Source: Octopus vulgaris (lineage: Eukaryota). From it: DNA of 64,000 nucleotides. Under the pieces are notes generated by a model that saw only the letters and a list, made by a program, of their open reading frames with translations, made no database searches and was not told the origin of the DNA. The stretch covers positions 18,414,001-18,478,000 of the forward strand of contig OX597837.1 in the NCBI GenBank assembly GCA_951406725.2. The letters are read 5' to 3'. Shown here piece after piece: positions 41,341-52,543 of the stretch (within the stretch, counting starts at the first letter, position 1; every line of letters begins with the position of its first letter). The translations under genes were made by a program, and so were the position numbers.

Positions 41341-44300
41341 GTTTTTCTGTGTGGGGGTATGTATATATGCATGTATATGAATATGTTTGTGTGTGACCGC
41401 GCGTGCACACACCTCACTCTTAAAAACACGTACAGACATGGCCGTGTGATTAAGAAGTTCGCTACTCAAGCATCTACTCTGGATTCAATCTATGTCACCC
41501 TGGGCACCGGTTTTCTTCCATTGTCTCCAGCTGATCCATAGTTTGCATGTGGAATATCTTAGAAGCCGGTCGTAGGCGATATTAATCATCGAGGAAGCCT
41601 GCAAAACCGGTGTTTTGTGAACGAAATAATTTTACGATATCTTTTTTTCAACATGTTCATGATACTCCCTTGTCAGATCTATTTACATTTGGGGGTAAAA
41701 CCGAAACAAGTAAAAACGAGACAAAAAAAACAAATTCCTATAAAATCGACGTTCAAAGTAAATACATCAATAAAAGTGGCCATTTAACAAAACCCGCATC
41801 AAACCCCAATGACATTTACAAAAGTGACTGAAAGGAGTAGGTGCTCCTTTACTAAGCCGCTCGCAACGGTAGATCCCAATGTGTCCTTGAAACCGTATGA
41901 TTGCCGCTTGCTTCTCTCCCGCGACGCCATAGACATAGCAGTCAAGGTGGGTTTCAGATCAGAAGAATTATGAGACCTGGGTATTACCGTACACAAACAG
42001 TCCTCCCTTCATTATGTAGGACTTGTACCTGCACCATACAGCTGATGGTAAACAACTCCATCACCTTGGTTGCTCCTATTGAAACTTAGGGATTGTCGTG
42101 CTATGGCTGACTTGTCTCTGACAAAGTCTTCCAATTCTTTTTCGATCCAGAACAAAGAACCGCCATCAACTGCTGTGATTGGCAGTTAGAACACGACATG
42201 TGTCTTCGTTGGAACCAGCCATATTGATGCTGTCGATATGTCTGAATAAGAAAATAGAAATTTGGTGCACGCTGTGCAACATTATGTGCAATCGTCTTCC
42301 AGTTAGGCCCACTAAAGTTTGTTCACAAAAACTCGTCTCACTTTAGGCTTCTACTAACCCAGAGAGAATGTTAAGAGAGATATGATAAGTTAAAACGTCT
42401 TTCTGGTAAATATGTGTCCGCACTGAATATTTGTGCATGTTTTTGTGTAACATTAGCTGCTTGTATGAGAATGATCGAATTGAATTATTAGCAGTATGTC
42501 AGTCAAAATGTGTGTCCTTATGAACCTTGAATGCAGAGGACGATAAGTGTGCATCAAAGAATAATACAAAGGTGCTGAGTGAAATACTGGGCACAAAAGG
42601 AATCAAATGTTAGCAAGAAAGAATCTACATTGGTATTCGATATGTGATGCGTATGGATGAGGACAGCTGTATAAAGAAGTGCCAATCACTTAATGTGATT
42701 AAAACTTGCGGAAGAGGGCGACCCAGGAAGATATGGAATGAAGTGATGAAGGCTGACTTGAAGACCTTGAGCCTGACGGAGGAGATGACCGAAGGACCGG
42801 GATCTCTGGCGATATGAGATTCTCAAAAAGGTAACCGCACTCCTCAGCTAAACTGAGTTCTGGAAGCGCTAAGTGTTGTGCTCTCCACCCTACGTGACAG
42901 TGACTTATACCCCTCCCATGCATTATGCCTGCTTCTCCCCGGCTCAAACAGACCACCCAACCATGTCATCGCTTTCTCTTGTCCTCCTTCTGTCAACTGT
43001 ATCCGCATTACTATTCTTGCTGCTCGCCTCATCCCCGCCACTCTCTCCTGTATCCCTCTTCTCAACTCAACACTTAATATTTCATTCACCTTTCAACCCT
43101 ACCCATTTTGCAGTCTGCCTTCCTATCCCTCCCCCTCCGTGTACAATCTTGCAAACCACATTGCCTTTATCTATCTCTTTGTAGTTGTTACCGATCATTT
43201 TCTCTTGGCTCTCTCTCATCTATTAAATGCGAGTAGCCACGCAGATCCTTTACGAGAACCTACTCTGACCCCACTCCCTTCACATAGTTTAACCTCTCGT
43301 CTTCATGCTTGGAGCTGACCCAACACCTTTCCCTAGAGTTCGTAGTCCTGCATGACGATCTTAATAATGTAGGTGACCCGAAAAAGAAAGCACCCAATAC
43401 ACACTTTAGAAAGGGCATCGAGCAGTAAAAACGTTGCCAAAGCAGGCATTGGGAGCACGATATAATCGTTGGACTCATCAGATCCTGTGAAACCGTCCAA
43501 CGCATACCAGCATGAAACATGGACCTTAACTAATGATAATGATGATGATGATGATGTGCAGGCTAAGTTTAGATAATTGCTGGTAGCAGTTTTTGACAAC
43601 TGCATGAATGTTGAAGCAAGTTAGTCAATAGACTTTTATCAAAACTTGAGATACAATTTTTTGAGAGTGTTTCAGTGTGCAGTTTTTGAGGGCGCGTGCG
43701 AACGGAATTTTTATGGAAGAAAATATAATCACTTTTGTGTTTGCACAAAAGGTATCGTATATTACTCTTGTTGAAGATGTTTGGAAAGAGATCATCAAAT
43801 GGAGGTGAAGGGAGTAGTGCGAAAAAGGATTACGTTGAACGTTAAAATAGAAGTTTTAATGAGGTAGGAAAAGTTTGGGAACAATATGCAACAAGAAAAA
43901 GTGCTTCAGTAATTACACCTTGGTTTTCTATAATTCTTCCATTCGCACCCAAGATACATTAAAGGAATCGACTACTTGAATGATCTTTTACTTATTTTGG
44001 TCTTTGGACTGCAGCTATATTGGGCAACGGCCTTGAAGGATTTAGTCAAGTAAATTGGGTTCTCAGTACATAAATAAGGTCAAATTATTGCCTTGTCGTC
44101 AGTTTTAATATTGATTTCAATTTTTGGTACAAGGCCAGCAATTTCTGGGAGGGGATAAGTCGATTACATCCACTCCAGTGATCATCTGGTACTTATCTTA
44201 TCGACTCTGATAGGACGAAAGGCAAAGTCGACTCGACGGAATTTGGATTCAGATCGTGAAGACGGATTAAATGCCGCTAAGCATTTCGTCCGGCATGCTA

Positions 44301-44492
44301 ACGATGTCATTAGATTTAATATTTTAAAATTTGGAATCTATGCACGTGATAATTTTTTTTTCTTGTTACAAAACTAATAAAAATGGTAAAAAGAAGTGAA
44401 ATAGAAGTTAGTAATTTACTAATACACGCATACTAGGTGACATTGGCATTCTTCTCTACAAAGTTTAGAGGCAAGCTAAAACAGTCGTGAAA

Positions 44493-44828
44493 TTAGTGCA
44501 CGTTGAGGTGCGGCAACTGTAAAGTATTCTTCCATAAATCATCACTCTGTAGTGCTCCGGTTCTTTCCAATGTCTCAAATGCTTGAAAGATGTAATATAT
44601 GTACAAATTACGGTAACTCAGTGTCTTATTCCTTTCAGCTACAAATGCACAAATCCCCACCTCCATCGTAGCATCAAGGGCGTGTGCTGGTGCGAAGGAG
44701 TCGCTCACAATAGTACCCCATTTAAGGCAGTTACCTTTCATTAAAGAACAAAGACTGAGTTCATTAGATCTTTTCTCGTCGTTTCTGGACAATCCCACTA
44801 GCTCCAGGGGGGATATTTTCTCTGGCAA
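44493..44828 (-). mobile_element. CRE-like LINE REL-endonuclease remnant
   Basis: GLSRNDEKRSNELSL...G.CL.W..IVSDSFAP.H...AERNK...Y..L...YIF.AFET resembles the GL.R.DGKRPDG...WD.TV.DT.A...AE..K..KY consensus. Confidence 0.55.
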
Positions 44829-45044
44829 GGGCTTATTTAATAATGAAATTTATCTCGCTGGGAAGCAAAGTATTCCGCATCTAATTAACATAATCCATGT
44901 GATACATAGAGACAATTGTTTGAATTTGTAATTCGATGTAACTGTCAACGGGTTAAACAGCCCATTAATTAAAATGGAAATCTAGCTACGTTCATGCTTT
45001 TCTCAGACTCATTGGTTTCATATTTTGGCACAAGGCTTGTAATA

Positions 45045-45190
45045 TCGGGGTGTAGCAAGACGCAAAGGCCAAATAGAGAAACTAGAACTCGTGTCAACCA
45101 TAAACGCCTCGTTATACACGCGGTCCTTCACAAAAAATGCACGATTTGAGGATAATTGGCCGGAAGTGCTTGACGTGCTCAAGCCCTCCG
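45045..45190 (-). mobile_element. Gypsy pol start (aspartic protease), continuation of the gag at 46265-47015
   Basis: Minus strand reads EGLSTSSTSGQLSSNRAFFVKDRVYNEAFMVDTSSSFSIWPL, a degenerate F.VDTG...S..P motif. Confidence 0.7.
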
Positions 45191-45227
45191 CAGAAGGCTG
45201 CGTGTTCGAATCACGTCGGGGTCACCA
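45191..45227 (+). other. Reverse-transcribed 3' half of tRNA-Trp including CCA (extended primer-binding site)
   Basis: CAGAAGGCTGCGTGTTCGAATCACGTCGGGGTCACCA corresponds to positions ~40-76 of eukaryotic tRNA-Trp(CCA); it lies 1 nt from the LTR end. Confidence 0.85.
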
Positions 45228-45228
45228 G

Positions 45229-46264
45229 TGTAGGGGAATCGACCGTACGTAAGGAGTTGGTGACAAATGTCTCCTTTTGAACGCCGCACGGTCGTCCCTG
45301 ACAAATATATAGAAGCCATATACATCATATAAAATACGGTGCCAAAAGGAATAAATGAAGGTCGATAAACCGTTCTACTGTTTGAGAGAGAAGAAGACTT
45401 TATTTACAATAGGTACAAAGTGAGAGTGTGCGAGTGCTAGCATAGTGTTGTGTATGTGTGCATGCGACAAGTGTTTGTGTCTGTGTGTTCGTGTGTGCGA
45501 CAGAAAGAACAAATAATAGTGTATGCACATAAAACAGAAATACAGAGCATAAGATGAATGTCTCAGCATATTGAGCTAAGATGGAATTTGTTTACCAGTT
45601 CATAAGTGAGGTACACGATAGCAAGTTCTATAACAAGATGTTTAGAGGGGGGGGTCACGTGACAGAGGCCAGTTATTACACGTGTAGAAGTTGGGGCTAT
45701 CATGTCGTGCCGAGTCTCTTGATATAGAAAGTTCTTTCAGGTAGACTGGAGCTGTTTTATCTCGGTGAAATATTCACACACAGCGTGGAGTTAAACCTGT
45801 GTAGATGTAAGTCGACGGACATGGAGACGACGATGGTGATGACGGCGGCGGAGATGGAGAACGTCCTGTCTGTTGCTGGTGTATAATAGCGTCTTCATGG
45901 CTGGTTGGCTGGCTGACTGGTTGTCGCTCGAACTGGAACATGGCTGAGTAGCTCTGTGGTCAGTGACTAGACCTTAGAAGGTCTATAGCCGAAAGACCAG
46001 GAGTAGTGAAATGCTGGCTTATTTATAGGGTTAAAGTGGCTCAAACAGGGCATAGGAAAAACAATGTCACGAGACCCTATCCAAAGGCCATGATTGGTTG
46101 GCTTACACACTGGCGCGAAATAAGTCGAAAGACAAACTGCACCGAATGCCAACCGATCAGAGCAGTGGACACAACAGGATCAAACTAGCCAAAGATAGTT
46201 GTAATCTCAAACGAGATCATTCCTAATGTGTCTCTCAAACAGTGAGGATATCAGAAACGCTACA
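45229..46264 (-). mobile_element. LTR (~1036 bp), same family as 14649-15711
   Basis: Minus-strand TGTAGCG...CCCCTACA termini with internal TATAAA and AATAAA; followed by the tRNA-Trp complement. Confidence 0.88.
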
Positions 46265-47015
46265 GGTCGTTTTCCGATGACTGGAAAGAACAAGGCCGAA
46301 TGCATTTACGGGCTTTATGCTGATACCTGGCGTGGTACCAACAAAGACCGGAACTAGACAAAAAGGAATCGGACGAGCGTGAACGGGACCGGCTTCGACT
46401 GCGACGGCGCGAAGAGTTGGAGCGCCCTCCCTGAAGCGCGCCCATCCGGCGTGTTAAAGAAACAAGTTTCTCCAAAATATCATCACATGATGAGGAAGAT
46501 GCAACGGAGGAAACCTCTGAGCAAGAGCAGACATGGCGAGGTGCTGGCTGGACAGCGAACTCTAAACTTTTATCAGCCATGGTAGCTAGTTGATCCACGG
46601 TGTTGGTATCAACCGCTGTGGCTAAGATGGTTTGCACATTGGGAGGTAGCCGAGAGAAGAAAAGCTTCCGTAAGAACGAGTTGTCTTCAGTTGTGTCGTT
46701 GACCTCGCGGAGATGTCGTAAGAATTGAGACGGCGTCCTATCTCCTAGCGCCTCATCTTGCATTAGCTGCTTAAACTTAGACTCCGCGGATTTAGTGTTC
46801 CGTTGGAGAACCTCGGATATGACTACCTCGTAAGTCGCATCCAGACGAGGATCGGTGATAAGATCCCTGACTGAAGTAGCAAGTGGTGCAGAAATGCTAC
46901 AAAAGAGATTTAATTGTCGCTGTGAAGGTACCGTATGTGCCGCAAAATACACCTCCAATTGAGCGAACCAAAGCGCGACGTCACCAATGAAAGAAATAAG
47001 ATTAGGTAAACTCAT
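46265..47015 (-). mobile_element. Gypsy gag ORF, open to the insertion point
   Basis: LWFAQLE..F, LGDRTPSQFLRHL, LF.SRLP.NVQ.IL, SR-rich stretch and CWYH......ARKC..PC zinc knuckle. Confidence 0.9.
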
Positions 47016-47404
47016 TTTTTTCTATGAGAGGAGAACAAGAAAAGGACAAAAAACCGACAAAAAGTGTTGTTGGAAATAACAGCTTGTGTGCAAGAATAAA
47101 AAAAATTTTTGAGCTAAATTTATAGAATCGTGTACTATATGCTCAGACAAGAAATAAAAATTTCGTCGCTAAACGAAAGAAAAAAAAACGCCAAAAACAC
47201 TGTGATTGTATGTGTGTGCTTGTACCAATCAATTTTTTTTTTTTTGGTCAGTTGAAAAAGTCGCCAGAAAATGGTGCGCGACTGGTAATGTCCTGTTTCC
47301 ACGTGGGGCAATTCAAATGTGGCGGCAGACAGGAACGATGGCTGGAAGTTGAATTGATTCTTCTGGCGTTCTGTAGCTCCTTTCGGCTACCGGAGATCCT
47401 TTAC

Positions 47405-47765
47405 ATGTTCGGGGCCACAATTTTATAATGGGAGGTAAGGTTCACGATATCGGATGAATATCGCCTTCTCCCATTAAAATTGTTCTTTGTGTTGTTTCAG
47501 GCGAGGAAAGAAGTCTCAAGTAAAAATGCAATTCACAACCAGTTTATTTACAAGTTACACAGAATAGATGAAGTGTGTTGCTCTCAGTACACCAACTCAA
47601 GCTGTGTGTGTCTCGTTGTATCTCCGTTAACGTAGACCCATTGCCTCTGGAGATACGACATGCAGACAGGACTAGCCTGGAGACCCAGTCAGCGAAGTGT
47701 GTTCAGCAAGCGCTTGCGGTGAGGTAGAGACAGAATGTTTTGCTGGGCCCTTATATCCAGTTTGC
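47405..47765 (-). mobile_element. Probable partial 5' LTR and PBS of the gag-bearing element
   Basis: Minus-strand TATAAG and AATAAA followed by a PBS-like TTGTGGCCCCGAAC upstream of the gag leader; boundaries approximate. Confidence 0.45.
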
Positions 47766-48022
47766 CATCGCGAGCCATTGGCGATCTACCTGTCAATTCG
47801 TCATTTTCAACATCAACTCGAGGTCCGAGATTTTGTGATTTATACTGATCACAAGCCTCTTATGCTTGCTCTGTCATCTAAATCGGACAAACACTCGCCT
47901 CGTGCACCGACTGGGCATGCTCTTGTGTAAAATGCAAGCGTTCTAAAATCCACAGGCATATTCGCGCTCCTCTTGGACAGTTTTCCCCTCCGGATGCTCG
48001 CTTTCGCCATGTCCACATTGAT
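47766..48022 (+). mobile_element. Gypsy RNase H and integrase fragments in the opposite orientation
   Basis: REPLAIYLSIRHFQHQLEVRDFVIYTDHKPL; KIHRHIRAPLGQFSPPDARFRHVHID. Confidence 0.8.
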
Positions 48023-48224
48023 CACAGGGGAAGGGGTTAGTCGATTACCTAAACGCCATTGTTTAACTGGTACTTATTCTGTCAATCTCGGCGGCATTTT
48101 GAACTCAGAATGTAAAGTCGGAAGAAATGCCGCTAAGAATTTTTCCGGCAAGGTAACAATTCTGCCAGTTCACCACCCCTATCTCAAACATTAACACAAG
48201 TGAAATAATATGAAATATACCCTT

Positions 48225-48470
48225 TTTGTACTCTAGGCACAAGGCCCGAAATGTTTGGGGAAGGGGCCAGTCGATTAGATCGATTCCTTACACAACTGGT
48301 ACTTAATTTATCGACCCCGAAGGGATGAAAGGCAAAGTCGACCTCGACGGAATTTGAACCCAGAACATAAAGACAGTACAAATTCCGCCGAGGTCGACTT
48401 TATCATTCATCTTGTAGTGATGCTACTCCCCTTCCCCCAAAATCTCGGGCCTTGTGCCTAGAGTAGAAAA
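48225..48470. mobile_element. tRNA-derived SINE copies (abundant family; also ~4640, 6200, 20910, 25580, 26280, 32690, 39960, 44120, 63650)
   Basis: Recurrent core GAGTTCAAATTCCGCCGAGGTCGACTTTGCCTTTCATCC...GGGGTCGATAAA with a B-box, in both orientations. Confidence 0.8.
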
Positions 48471-50329
48471 ATATATGAAATATAGCCTAAAGCAGTGGGT
48501 CCTAAACTTTTTCGGGCTTGATATCCAGGCCACATTCCTAGCGCTCCCATCCCAACTAACCATCACAAACATAGACCTCTTTCTGAAGCAAATTCAAGGC
48601 AACTGTATTTCACAAATAAAACTTAACCTAATGAACCCATTATTTCATTTTTACAGGAATTGCTACTCCATTACCACCCTACTTTTCTTCAACGCCCCCT
48701 TGGAACTTTCCACCGCCCCCAAGGGGGAAATACCATCTACTTTGGGAACTACTGCTTTAAAGCCATCAACTGACTTATTTTGTTGCTATGAAGTCAAAGG
48801 GAGACAAATCCTTAAACATTACTCATGATTGCATGACCTGCTAGAAATAGCAGCCAAACATCTTTCACATTACATTCACCTTAAACTGGTGATTGAGGGG
48901 AATAATTGAGCAAATGTAGTCATATATACGGATTGGTCACAGCTGGAATGTTCGGCTTGATTAAGACTAGCTTAGACTACGTAACATATTAAAGAGTGTC
49001 TGGTACAGAGTGTATTTACGTGGTCTCTCGACCTTCAAGAATTAACCAAATCTCCCTCAAGTCACATCTTACTGTTTTCAGCAAGGATAAAATATATTGG
49101 AAAATGTAGTCCTAGACCTCTCCCCCCGTCCGCCAAAGACAACTGGCATATCTCTGATCATAAATCTGCTCAGTTTTGATCTAGGACTAAACAACTCATC
49201 TCAAAGCTTTCTATCTGCCCTTCACTCAGTACAAAAAGCTGTTTCATTTTGCATTTTTATTAATACGATTAGTACTAAGGTCACCTGTGACGAACCCTGA
49301 CGAGCAAGTATCGTTGACCCAACAGGATACGATTCCTAGACCGAATCATTTACTTTCATTTCCGATGTTAATGCTTTTTATAAGATACCATAGATTTCAC
49401 AGATTTTTGCCGTCATGCACCTCTGCTAGAAATACTAGCTGCAATGAATTCCCTCAAATTACACCTCCTTGTGTTAAAAAGGACACATTGGCGACAAGAA
49501 TGCCAGATATACAAGACGGTATCGAGATCGTTACGGTTGAAACGCCTTTGATCACAGGTATCTTCGATCAGTTGAGGATTAACAAAAGAAAAAAAATCAT
49601 TTGTCGGAAAGTTAGGTTTCCGGTGAGCAATGTGCGGGATGCTATTTCGCTAATGTTAAGGAAAGGATTAAAAACCACTTCTTTGCGTAAAATTATTCAA
49701 CTTTTGTGTTTTGTTAATGGAAAAACTAATTTGTGTAGGCAATTTGGCAAGAGCGGGGAAACTGCAACTGAGATCCATTGTCTCGAGTTCCAATCCTATC
49801 TGCATTGCCTCGACGACTGATACGTAACGTTTCACTATCTTCATTAGGTGTTCCAAGAGAATAGAGTCAGAAATTTTCTAGTGTGCCCAAAACCGTAATT
49901 TATTTGAAAGTGTGTGTTTGAGCCTTGTAGATTACGAACCTGTAAAAAAGGAGTGATGCTATTTTTCAGTTTAAATAATTATTTCGGAAACTTGTTCAAA
50001 TTTAAGTTGCACATATTTTTGAAGCATCATAATGTCAGATATTTTAAAACCGAAACAATTAAAAAAAAGTCAAAATTAAGAAAATTAAAGAAAGGGAGCA
50101 GGGACCAAAAATCCCTCTGAAAAACAAAACAAAACTGAAAGAACGAAATCTACAAAATCTAAAACACATATTAGAAGAAATTCGGGTTTTTGACGCAAGA
50201 TATAATTTATGACTCTATTCTGCATGAATGCCTTGCAACTTATCCTCAACGCCGAAGGAAGAGAGAAAAAGAAACACAGAGATTAAGAGAGGGAGAGTGG
50301 AAGGGAGGAAAATCGTCCCCTGCTGCACA

Positions 50330-50400
50330 TCGGCTACGTTCAGCTTCCAACCCGGTTTTGCCCGGAAGCGGAAACGGAAGTGTAGGTCATGTGTCTATTA
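50330..50400 (+). promoter_or_regulatory. Probable RPTOR promoter with clustered ETS-type sites
   Basis: CCCGGAAGCGGAAACGGAAGTG gives three tandem CGGAA cores in a CpG-rich patch ~700 bp upstream of the ATG. Confidence 0.55.
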
Positions 50401-51086
50401 AACGAGCTGCATTACATCTGTAATATATCCTCCAACCAATATGACGGAGAACGTGTGAATTGGGTAGAGTTGGTGATGTGAAATTCTTTCTTGATTGTAA
50501 ATATTACCAAATTCTCATCAATGCTACAGAAAAAAGAAAAGGAAATGATGATAATTTCATAGAAAAATCTAATTATTATTATTATCATCATTCTAGTGTC
50601 AAATATTTTGTGAATGTAAATTTGTAAGAAGAAGAACAATAATGTTTATTGTGGGAGAAGAAATGCAAATAATTAATTTGTAATATTTATTGAAGAAACT
50701 TTGTTTAATATATTAAACATGTGCACGGGTAAATTCTGCAAGAGATAAAACAACTACAAGAAAAACATACAGCTGGCTACGACTACTACTACTACTACTA
50801 CCAACATCATCATCATCATCATAAAGTACAACAATTATGATAAGGATAATATAAAAACAACATAAATTTCTCTATGAAGATGGAGAGTGGAGATGAGGTG
50901 GGAAACTGTTCTGTAGCTAGGTCGGCTGAAGTTGAAACTAGAAGTGCATTGAGTTTGTTATTATCATCATCATCATCCTCGCTGTTATTATGATGGCCTG
51001 TGTGGAGGAAGTCAACTAAAGAGACCCGAGCAAAAACATTATCAAGCGAAAAGCAGAAGAGTCGCCCTTCGTGTGATGAGACAAAG

Positions 51087-51281
51087 ATGACCACCACCAG
51101 TAGCAGTAATTCAGTAAATGATGACAGTCGAAGTTGTTGTAGCAGTAAAGTGTATGAGGATGAGAAAGAAGAAACTCCAGATTCCGACCGAAGACTTCCA
51201 CTCGCTTTTAATCTAAGTCGCCATACGGAGAAGATTTTAGCTCCAGAAGTGTTGACACAGACATGGAGGATGAAAGAAAGG
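51087..51281 (+). CDS. RPTOR: Regulatory-associated protein of mTOR (Raptor), first coding exon
   Basis: MTTTSSSNSVNDD...DSDRRLPLAFNLSRHTEKILAPEVLTQTWRMKER matches Raptor LPLAF...RH.EKI......Q.WRMK(D/E)R; phase-0 donor AGG|gttggt. ATG 51087 is the first in-frame ATG after the stop at 50991. Confidence 0.92.
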
Positions 51282-52324
51282 GTTGGTCTCTCTTATATTT
51301 ATTTAAACAATTCATTTCCACGTACCTAATAACCCATTTACCCATCTTTTATATCGATCTGTCTGCAAGTCAATCTGACTACTTGTACGTCTTCATATTT
51401 GTTCATTTTTTTAACTATATAACTATCTGTGTGTAGCATTTATCTTTTGGGGGTGTTTATCTCGTGTATCTTAGGCTACTATTTTCCCCTCGAACTATAA
51501 ATGTTTAACAACTATTGATTCCTGCGACATTGTAAGCAACTCATCATTTGGATGACTCCATCCCATTAGTTTACACATCCGAAATTCAGGATAAACGTAA
51601 TGGATATTCTTCATGTGTCTTGTAATTATTTGTTGGTGTTCGAGATGTGTTTTTAGGTCGTTTCATTATGGATAGGAGGGTGCGGGGTGGGGTACATAGG
51701 AGAATAGTGCTTTCAGATGAGTGAGTAACACCGATGAGCGGATAGGTTTAATAGATAACTTTGATGGATGGATGGCCAAATAGGATGGCTGGACGGAAAT
51801 GAAGCATTCCAGGCATGCGGTAATTGTCAAACTCTACTGACACAAACTAAATTAATATTCTTAGAAAATACAAACATAATGTCACTTCCACTAATCTCCA
51901 GAACCTATAACTAAAAACGGTTTATAACCTTTGAATATTAAAGGGGATTATATTTAGTTATTTTACTCTTTTATTATTAATGTGGCATAAATTAGATACA
52001 TGAAGACTTGTTGATATTTTACCTTCATTTTCAATCTTTTAAAACCACTTGTCACCGATCTAGAACAAATAGAGGAAGCCTCTGCATCGTTGCTCGGCCA
52101 GTTCGAAATAATCCCAGAAACGTCCCCCCCCCTTTAATAGATAAAAATTACGAATTGGACAGTGCAGGTCTAGATAGACAAAAAGCACAGTCTTTGGTCA
52201 ATCAGATCTGATGAAGGGCTAAAAAACAACAATCACTTTGGGACAAATAACCGTCTTTCGAGGATATTTTGGTGATGTTCTCAGTAAAAGGTTGGAAAAA
52301 GGATTTTGACACTTTAGCTTGGGG

Positions 52325-52543
52325 TCCTTTTAATATTCAGATTCTTTTGTCATATGTAGTACGTATTTAATCACATTGTTTTGAATTAATCATGCTTTAG
52401 CTTTGAGATTTCGCCAATGGGATTGTATATTCTTAGAATGTCATTGTAAGGTTGGTGTAAGAAGCCAGATCTGGTCTGTTTGAACATAAAGCACGTGGAA
52501 TGTTTGGGCCAGGTATGGCTAGTCTAAATGCTAAAGGGTTTAA
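52325..52543. mobile_element. piggyBac-type MITE (other copies at ~22730-22905 and, split, at 62420-63180)
   Basis: Ends in ATGCTAAAGGG near TTAA; internal sequence is shared among the three loci. Confidence 0.6.

Noticed and set aside
40943-41541. Stack of long MYVC/HTYI ORFs (also 9245-9508 and 19665-20244)
   Set aside because: They come from stop-free di- and tetranucleotide microsatellites, not genes.
41560-42250. CpG-rich, coding-looking stretch
   Set aside because: Stops in the frames examined and no motif recognised, so a call cannot be supported.
45191-45227. tRNA-Trp gene
   Set aside because: The 5' half is absent and CCA is encoded, so it derives from reverse transcription.
49287-49856. 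177-aa ORF and antisense ORF upstream of RPTOR
   Set aside because: No recognisable domain or splice structure; possibly an old transposon remnant. A BLASTX or HHpred search would be needed.
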